Assembly: GCF_009914755.1 (NCBI RefSeq)
Contig: NC_060927.1
DNA length: 64,000 nt
Source: the human T2T-CHM13v2.0 reference genome, Homo sapiens
Reading direction: 5' to 3' (one strand)
Positions 1-64,000 of this stretch are shown piece by piece. The position numbers and the translations under genes are program-made. The notes below the pieces were generated by a model. It did not search any database, was not told the DNA's origin, and saw only the letters and a program-made list of their open reading frames with translations. Within the stretch, counting starts at the first letter, position 1. The number at the start of each line of letters is the position of its first letter.

Positions 1-203
1 GAGCACACAACCTAGATCCGTTGCATGCACAGTTTACAATAGAGTTCACGCTTCTATGAGAATCTAACCACCTCTGATCTGACAAGAGGCAGAGCTCAGG
101 TGGTAATTCTTACTCGCCTGCCACTCACCTTGTGCTGTGCGGCCTGGTTCCTAACAGGCCATGGACTACTGCTGGTCCGTGGCCTGGGGGTTGGGGACCC
201 CTG
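1..203. mobile_element. MER1-type hAT-Charlie fossil (partial)
   Basis: Ends in ...ggttggggacccctg; internal gatctgacaagaggcagagctcagg. Confidence 0.75.
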
Positions 204-1165
204 TCATACAGTACTTGAAACCACCTGGCACATAGTAAATGCTTAATGAAAGTTAGCTATTCTTATTTAACCCTTAAAACCACTATATTAAGTACTATTA
301 GTAAGTATTGTTAAGTATATTAAGTATTATATCTCCTTTTATAGGTAAATTAACTGAGGCTTAAAGAAGTTATATAACTTGTCTTAGTTATGTAATAGAC
401 TAGTCAAGCAGCAGAATGGGCCTCAAACGCAGGTCTGAAGAGACTTATCCTTATGAAAATTTGAGATGGACTATGCTTAAAAGTAGCCATCTACAGCCCA
501 GAATTAAGAAAGTACCTTTTATGGCAGGTGAAGGGAGAGTTACACTTTAAATGCTAAACTATTTTAAGTTATGTCCAGTATACTTGGCTTGACCTCAGGG
601 GCCTCTCTTTTAGGGTGTAAATTCACAGCCCCCATATTGTGAACAGAGAGGACTCTGGAAATGCCTCTGTATCATTACTGTTGCCAAGTGCAAGGCAAAG
701 GCAGGACTAATCCAATGGAAGGACTTCCTTATGTTGCCTCAGCTATAATGCAGTCCTATACCCAAACATCTTAAAGTTCCACTGTATTTAAATACATACC
801 TATATGCTTACGTATATACGTAATTATGAACCAAGGAAAGGTGAAGATGGGAATTGAAAGTTGTTCAAAACTAAGCAAATTAACAGAAGCTACAAGAACA
901 GATGCTACTTGGTAATCCAAATGAAAGCTTGAACAAGCAGAGAAGTTTGGTACCTAGTCTCAAACCAGTTTAACTTTCCTTCTTATAATGTGATAACTGA
1001 GTATGTGTTGCGGCTCTCTAGTTAGATTCTTTCTGAAATGTAGCCTGTTGGGTATCATTTTGTTTAAGTTCTCAACCTTTCAGAGCCCACACAGATTGAG
1101 AATTTATCTTGAGACTTGTGTTCCCTTGCCCATCCATCTTACACTTTCTAATGAACTGTTTGCAG

Positions 1166-1216
1166 CTTTCAGACTTGGTCTATACACTGGCTTTCTCTTG
1201 TGGCTTCTGTAGAAAG
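1166..1216 (+). CDS. GYG1: Glycogenin-1 penultimate 51-nt exon (LSDLVYTLAFSCGFCRK)
   Basis: tgcag|CTT...AAG|gtatgc; phase 0-0; peptide recognised from long human glycogenin-1. Confidence 0.9.
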
Positions 1217-1473
1217 GTATGCAGAACTTAAAGATTAACCCTAATTACTTTGTTCTCCCAATGTTTTCACTGAGTCAAGAAGTCTTCATTTTGTTAGGAA
1301 AAAATCATATAATCTATATTTTTGTGTCTTTTTTGTTTGTTTCATGTAATACTTTTCAGTTTTTGCTACTTTGCATGATGATTCATCCTGGCTTTTCTGT
1401 CTTCAATTTATTGCATTCTTTAAAACAGTTTGATTTTCAGCTCTCATAGAGTCAATTATGCTTTCCTTTCTAG

Positions 1474-1647
1474 GAAGATGTCTCAGGAGCCATATCACAT
1501 CTGTCCCTTGGGGAGATCCCAGCTATGGCACAGCCGTTTGTATCCTCGGAAGAACGGAAGGAACGATGGGAACAGGGCCAGGCTGATTATATGGGAGCAG
1601 ATTCCTTTGACAACATCAAGAGGAAACTTGACACTTACCTCCAGTAG
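1474..1647 (+). CDS. GYG1: Glycogenin-1 last coding exon, glycogen-synthase-binding C-terminus
   Basis: tttctag|GAA; [57 protein letters not shown]. Confidence 0.98.
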   Translation, partial: EDVSGAISHLSLGEIPAMAQPFVSSEERKERWEQGQADYMGADSFDNIKRKLDTYLQ

Positions 1648-2325
1648 AAACACTGCATTTTTCTGTGAACACATCCACTTCACAAGCCTTGTTTCTGATA
1701 CTTAGTATCTAGAGCTGGGTTGAGAAAAGTCTGTTACAGTTGCTAGAGGTTTTCATTAAAACTTATCAGATGAGAGGCTTTTTTAGGATAAGAGGTGAGA
1801 ACTGGGCAAAAGTTGTGAAGCAGCAATTCTGTTATATGGACAGTGTTCTGCTTTTTAATCCTATTTAGCTTGTTTCAGAAATTCTCACTTTTGTTGACTG
1901 CCAACATACAAAGTAAGGGAAACTCAAGATATTAAGATGGCTGTATCAGTTCTTAAAATCTGCAGAGCCTGGTTCAAAATCAGTCACTCCCTTCAGAAGC
2001 AGACATGGCATCTGTTCCTTGCTTGCTTGTTGGTTGTGTACCTTTCACGAGACCTGAATTTTAGAATTGCCCAGTGCTGCCAGAGTGAGTGAGTGTAATT
2101 CTCCTTTCAGGTAAAGATAGGCTATCTCAACACTGCTGAGTGATTCATAAACATATCAACCAATAGCATTAACCCATTTTATTTCCTGTCCTTAGTGTCT
2201 GAAGATGCTCACCAGTTTTCTGTGTACAGTAAGGCAGCATGCTAAAATGCTTTTGTTCAGTTCTGTATATTTGAAAATAGCAGTGTGTTCTCTGATGGTT
2301 ACCTGCAGTGGCACCCTGTACAAAA

Positions 2326-2331
2326 AATAAA
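2326..2331 (+). terminator. GYG1 proximal polyadenylation signal
   Basis: AATAAA about 680 nt after the stop, followed by GT/T-rich sequence (tcttggttgttt). Confidence 0.7.
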
Positions 2332-3407
2332 AGACTTATTGCTGTATCTTGGTTGTTTAATTAAATTAAGGAATTTCACCATACACCCTTGAACAAATCT
2401 ATTAGGGAATTTTTCACAATTTTTGGAATTTGTCATAGTTTTAAAAAAGTGTAAAGCTTGACATTGGGATATATGCTTTAAAAACTGGTATCTATGATTT
2501 CAATCTAATTGTTTTTCTGTGATGGTGATGGATCTGACAGATCAGAACAAACCGAGATCAAACTTACATAGTGTCATCCACACTGCACCTCTCTATTAAG
2601 TGGGTATTTAGCTATTTAGAATATTTTAACCTTAAAGTCATTCCTAACTGTCAGAATCAATACTGGGTCCAGTCCCTACTAGTATTTTATCTATGATTTA
2701 AAATGATAGAATGGAAAAGCGTATTTATTAAATTTATAGATCATTCTAGGTTGTAAGAGATGGCAAGCTAAAGAAGGGTAGGATCCAAGATGACCTTTTA
2801 AAACTAAAATGAGTGGTCAGAAATGATTCTATGGAAGAAAACAGGACAGTTAACCATGACAGGAAGAAACTTTAGAGGTTTGATTGGGCAAAAGCTGCAA
2901 AGCTTTTGTGACTTAGCCTTCAAAGTCACCCTCCTTATTCATATTGATGTGAATTAATATACAAGCATATAGACAGCTTAAGTCAAGAATGGTTGGGGCC
3001 ACCTTGAAGGCTGTTACCATAGGAGCTCAATAAGAACCTGAGGATTTACCTAGAATTATAAAATATTAAATGATAAATGACTTCTGAAACTAGCTATTTG
3101 GACTGGTGAAGAATGAGTCGCTATTGATCTTCAAGTACAATGAAGCATTTACCAAAGATTTATTTAAGTGCCTCCATGTGTCAGATGCTGTGGTACAAAG
3201 AAGGACTTCTCAAAATTTTAGCTAGTCAGAGGTCTTTCTGGCTTCCGAGTCCCTGGTTAAGATGAACAGAAACACAGTCTTCAGATATAAAATGTCTTAT
3301 TTTTGTGGCCATTCAGTTGCATTCAACGTTAATTTTTTCTATTTACTACCGTTCATTCTCTATTTTTTACACAGTAGCATAACAAAGCTCTAAGGTGGAA
3401 AAGCTGA

Positions 3408-3730
<323 letters not shown>

Positions 3731-4834
3731 AATTTTTAAATTTCAAATAAGTAGTGAAGGCTATTATTAACTTTTGGAATCAGAAAGAATGACAAGCTTA
3801 CCATAAGACATAGCATATAATGCTGTCAAGTTATTTGGCTAGAAAATCACTGAACTAAACATTCTTTTCCTTCTATGATCTATGTCTTAAGGTGAAGTAT
3901 TAACTAACTTTTCCATGTAAAGCTATACAAATATTGGAAAATCTTTTCTAGGGAGTCCAGAATACTAAGGGTTACTTAGTAAAATGTATAAAAAGGCAAC
4001 AGTAATTCAAATTACAAGATTTATATTTGCAGAGGTGATCCATATATACTTATCCCCTTGCAGTGGCTGGTATGACCTTTGGTTGTAAGACAAACTTGCC
4101 CACAACAGAGGTCAAATCCATGCCTTTGGAGATTAGCTCCATGGTGGATGGAGCTATGGTTTATGCATAAAGTAAATGTTTGTTTACCTTAATTCTCCTT
4201 ATACCCATATTGTCCTGCTGTATAACACATTTTGCAGATATTTTGAAGTTAATGTGTTAAAAACTTGAGGTTAAACATTTGAGTTTTTGTTAAGAGCCAA
4301 ACATCAAATGTGCCCTTATATTTTTAATGAATCTCATCCAAATGCTAATGCATAAACCTTGACAAGTAGTATAAATAAAACAAGAAAAAAATACAGCAAT
4401 GTCTTTGCCATTCCCCAAAACAAAGCACACACTGCCGAAGATCATTAGTACTCACTGGTAACAAACTACATAGGGTTAGTTTGTATTTCCAATTCTAGAG
4501 CTGTAATTTTAAGGACAAAATGTACAATGATTGATTAAGAGTGCTATCTGTGTATATATAGGTATTATCACAACTCCTTTTTTTCTTCCAGATGAAGAAA
4601 TTAATTGGGACCAATGTTTTTAGATCAAGGCATTTTAAATAAGCACTCTTGATTTCTGAACAAGAATTTCAACCAGCTAAATTGAGCAAAATAAAGTTAG
4701 TTAGGATATGAGGACATTATTCTGTTACAGTAATCTTCATGTACTCTCAAAAAAATGTAACACTTGCATAGAAATGTCACAATTAATGAAGGATTTTATT
4801 TGAAGATAAAGTCAAAATTATGGCACCGAGGAAG

Positions 4835-6933
4835 GTAATAAACATTTGAAATTTTTATTGATTTTTAAATTTAAAATCCAGTTTTAACCACAAAATTGTT
4901 TGAATCACAAGTGGTAATACAATGTCTTCAATATTTTTCTAAAGTTATTTTTCTATATAATAATAAGACAACAGCATAGCATATAGGAAGTTTTCATTCC
5001 AGTGGCTTTTTTATATATTTATCCTTCTTAGGAAGGACAAATTAAATTTTTTAAATTAAACTTTTAAAATATAACAACATCTAACAGAACTGTACAAAAC
5101 AAAGAGACATTTTTTAAACAACTTGCCAAACTTACTTATGAGTGTGTTTTAAAAACAACTTTGTAAATGTCTGGGCAAAGAAGCAAGCTGTCCTCCCTTT
5201 ACCTTCATAGTGAGTTTGTAAGGCTTTGTCTTTGTAAGCAGAAAGAGTAGACTGTGTTGTTTTTTGCCAAAAACTGTTTATACTTAATCTCACTGAAGTA
5301 TTGCTATATGGAGAACCCATACTCTGATCAACTTGATTTTTTGTGTGTAATGCTTGATCTACCAGGTAACTTCCCAACTGCTCCTAATGCTAGCGGGCTA
5401 ATCCCACATTATTATTCCACTATCATCCCTGCAGAAAGGTCTTGGTTTTGATGAAAATCAGCCCTTTCCTTACCTGCTACTGCCTCAAAAAGGGACCAGG
5501 AAGATTCTAGCTGGCTAATTCACTGTTCCCTTTGAGCAAGAAAACGGCACAGGGAGAAAAGGACTTATCTGGTGAGAGATTTGGCATATACCTTCAATGT
5601 GTGCCCTATAACACAACATTGTCTCCGATCTCATCTTTCTATCAAATGACTTCCAACACTCTTAAGTCTCAGGTATTCTTAAATCTGTATCATCAAACAT
5701 GAAGCTTCTCTTGTTTGTTAGAGTAATTAATCTTTCTTTGGATTAAAGTTTCCCTTTGAAATAAAACCACCTACCTAATCTGACTGCTAAATTTCTAGCT
5801 TCTTTGTTTTAAATATGCTCAGGAGTCAACCCAAATTCTGCAGCAAATAAGTTTGCTTATTAACAAAAAAGTAAAAAAAAAAGAAAAGAAAAAAGATGAC
5901 TAATTCTACAGATAGCTGTAAGGATGAATTACTCAAGTTCAAAATCAAATTCTGATTCTAAACACATAACAATTGTTTACATTCAGGATTAAGATGTCTT
6001 TAAGAGTTGAAACGACTTTGGAGATCATCCAGCCCAACTTCCATCCAGATATCACGCCTCTCACATATAGTAGTCTTCTGAATTATAAAAATTTATAAAG
6101 TTACTTCCAAAAAAAGCTACATAAATAAAAATTATCTATTTATAGAAATATCTATTTAGCAGTTCCATAATTTAAAATATTCAAATCAAATTGGGTAGGA
6201 CTGGTTTGCCTCTCACTCCCACAGACTATATTTATACCTCAGACACAGCAAGTTACATTTAAACAATGAGTGTAGTACTACTTAACTAAAATGGAAAAAA
6301 TAGTACTCTTAACATAATCCCTAATTTTTTCATGAACATAAAACTCCAAGTCATTTATGTGAACTATATCTCAATGTAGCTGTAGGAAAAATAAAAACCT
6401 GTGCTAACCTGGACTTTGGTCTCATTTAAGATTTGGTTCTGGAATGCAAATATGGTTTTTGAAAGCCCAATAAAATTAATTCTTGTATAGTCTGTATATA
6501 TTGTTTACAAGGACTACAAACACTGCATCACAAATCGGAGGCTTTGGTAAATAACTAAGTGTCCAACATAGAAAATAACTATTTGGTCAAAAGTATAAAA
6601 GGTCTGACCTTATTTGAAATACGAAAAAGCTGAGTACTTGGAAGATACGTGAAAATACTCAGCATAGATATTATGAAAAGCTGAATAACAAAGTAACCTT
6701 TTTTCTCAAATTATTTCAGGCCACAGTATATAACGGAACTTATTGCTATTTGAAGTTTCATTAAAAATAGGTTCATATATAGAAGAAATTGTGTCAGTAA
6801 TACCTCTTCACTAATATAAAATATGCCCCTTTTAGAAGACGTGTTCTCTAGATCTCATTTCTAAAACTCTGTATTTTTCTCATTTCTAAAACTTAAGTAT
6901 CCAATCAAACTGACCTTACTAAAATCCCACAAA
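4835..6933 (-). other. HLTF: HLTF 3'UTR (about 2.1 kb, AU-rich; end approximate)
   Basis: Largely repeat-free stretch after the stop, ending near a minus-strand AATAAA at 4859-4854. Confidence 0.75.
4854..4859 (-). terminator. HLTF polyadenylation signal AATAAA
   Basis: TTTATT on the + strand; a second copy at 4795-4800. Confidence 0.7.
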
Positions 6934-61049
<54,116 letters not shown>

Positions 61050-61053
<4 letters not shown>

Positions 61054-61195
61054 GGCGCTGAGTGGGATGACAAGAGGAGCGCCTCGGCTCCCCTGGATCG
61101 TTTTCGAGCCGCCTCGATACGCCTCCTTCCAGGCCCCGCAGCCCTGAAGCCGGGGACAAATTCCGAGCGCCGGATCAGGAGCGCACGACTGAAAG
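61050..61195 (+). ncRNA. Probable first exon of an antisense lncRNA (HLTF-AS1-like); start uncertain
   Basis: Consensus donor AAG|GTAAGT at 61193-61201 on + inside the HLTF 5'UTR; HLTF-AS1 is recalled at this locus. Confidence 0.5.
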
Positions 61196-62280
61196 GTAAG
61201 TCGCCGCGAGTCCAGTCAGACGTCGACGCCGTCTCCTTCTGCAACAATCTGGGAGACCAGCGTCGCTCTGTGACTGGCACTAGGAAAGCCCAATCACGAA
61301 GAGGAGAGTGCGGAGCCAAACCAGTCAGAGCACAGAAGGGAGGGCAACTCCGCCCCGCTGCCATTCAAAGACGGCGGGGGGTCCGGGCTGCAAGGGTGGT
61401 TCCATCCGGGTTCTTCCCCGCCCCCAAGGCGGGCGCGCGGGAAAGCCACGAGGCCCCAGGAGTGCGACTGCGGTGCCTGCGGTGCCGGTGTTTTGTTTGA
61501 TTCCCTGCCTCAAACGGAGGGAAACGACCTTCCTTTATCCTACGAGTCCTAAGACTGAACCCCATTCTAAAGGCTCTACCGTATCCTTCCTCTTATTTTC
61601 TTCTCATCTAATGTGGCACATAATAGGGCCTTATACTAAAGGAGCTCCACGGTTTACGAGACCTAGAGCTACCGGCGAGATACTTTACTTCATTCCCTGT
61701 GGTGAACCGTGGGGACTTTCGCTCCAAATTTTCATGTTAAGCCTCAGCGTATGCATGAGACACAACGAGTTTGGAAAATCTTAAATGGAACTTAGAGTCC
61801 CCTCCCCACCTCTTTTTGTTATTTTTAAGGAAAATTTTCCTTTCTTGGTGCAGGAAACCCATCACATGTTTATTACAGCTATGGGGGCGTTTGCCTGAAA
61901 TGGTGGACGGGACCATTTTCCCCGTGGGCACTTGGCTGCTCCAGCCAAGAGGGGGAGGCCCTTGTTTTCCTCAAGGAACTGCAGAGGGGCGCTCTGAGGC
62001 CCTCCATGGCTCTCTTTCCAGAGTCTGAGGTGACCGGAAGGAGAATGCGGCCCTGGGACCGTCAACCTTGGACCAGCTGCAGCCGACGCCTGGCAGGGCT
62101 GGTCGCTTTGCGTTGAGGAGGCTGCTGTCCCCGAAGCTGGCCTTTTAATCGCACAGGGCAGGAAGCTGGTGGTGGCGCCCAGCTGCACAGGCGGCACCAT
62201 GTAACTGCCAGATAATACTTGCGCGTCACAGAGAGGTCCATGTTACACGCCTGTCAGCACAATAATATTAGGTGGTCAGC

Positions 62281-63272
<992 letters not shown>

Positions 63273-63425
63273 CTATGAATAATGACTGTCCCATGGTTAA
63301 AGAATGTGCTTTGAATGAACTAAAATTTGCTATTTAAAGGAATGGTATGGAAAGGAAAGGAATCCAAAATTTCTCCATCCAGCCACTTCCCAGTCACAAA
63401 CACACTTCTCATCTGCACCCCCAGC

Positions 63426-63445
63426 CACACACACACACATGCCCG

Positions 63446-63483
<38 letters not shown>
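63426..63483. repeat. Compound (CA)n-(CG)5-(CA)n microsatellite
   Basis: cacacacacacacatgcccgcgcgcgcgcacacaca... Confidence 0.95.
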
Positions 63484-63486
<3 letters not shown>

Positions 63487-64000
63487 CCTTTATGCAAATT
63501 AATCATGTCATGTCACTCCCCTGTTTGATTCAGTGAGCCTGAAATCCAAGAATGGCATATGTGGCTCTTCCTCCCACAGTATGTTTTCTCTATGTTATCA
63601 ATATTTCACATCCCAGAACCAGGAGTAAAACATTCTTTCCCTTAATCATTCTTTGTTTTATATTTAAAGATCAAGTACAATTTGTACTAGTTTGATTAAA
63701 ATGTTACAGCAATTACAATTTCAAAACTATTATACTAAATAATGTTTTCTGAAAAATTAACTTTTTTGGTTTTTTCTTGATTTATTCTGATAACAGCATC
63801 ACAAGTAGATATGAAAAATGAACACTTGTAACTGGAAAATGAACTGTAGGGTGGCTTGTGGGGTTTGGCTGGTGAGTAAGAAGGAAAGTGGCACTAAAAG
63901 GACGGTGGGGAAGATAAGGGCCAGGTTACATAGGAACTTAAGAGTCTCCAGTAAAATTTGTGTTTTAACTGCAATGGAAAGCCATTGAATGTTTCGAGCA

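Noticed and set aside
614-748. Possible cryptic GYG1 exon (ctctcttttag| then 44 open codons)
   Set aside because: An open frame of this length is common by chance; no recognisable homology or supporting signal
1003-1705. Listed ORFs overlapping the GYG1 exons
   Set aside because: Wrong frames or strand; the real GYG1 frame starts at 1166 and 1474

Overview
Primate (almost certainly human) genomic DNA, AT- and Alu-rich. It holds the complete HLTF gene (SMARCA3, RAD5 orthologue; HIRAN + SWI2/SNF2 ATPase + RING E3 ligase) on the minus strand. I traced 25 coding exons, all with GT-AG introns, from ATG 61053 to TAA 6934; they sum to 3030 nt (1009 aa) with no frameshift. The last two coding exons and 3'UTR of GYG1 (glycogenin-1) lie on the plus strand, convergent with HLTF. 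A CpG-island promoter sits near 61 kb with signs of an antisense spliced transcript (HLTF-AS1-like). Introns carry about 40 Alus plus L1/L2/MIR, MaLR LTR and hAT/Tigger/mariner fossils. I found no convincing new multi-gene system; most listed ORFs are Alu or chance ORFs. The best second-look items are an exact SETMAR/Hsmar1 19-mer beside the last splice acceptor, overlapping GYG1/HLTF 3' ends, a perfect antisense donor in the HLTF 5'UTR, several alternative splice-site architectures, a template-switch-like quasi-palindrome and a four-layer nested transposon. Repeat subfamily names and boundaries were assigned by eye from remembered consensus sequences and are approximate.
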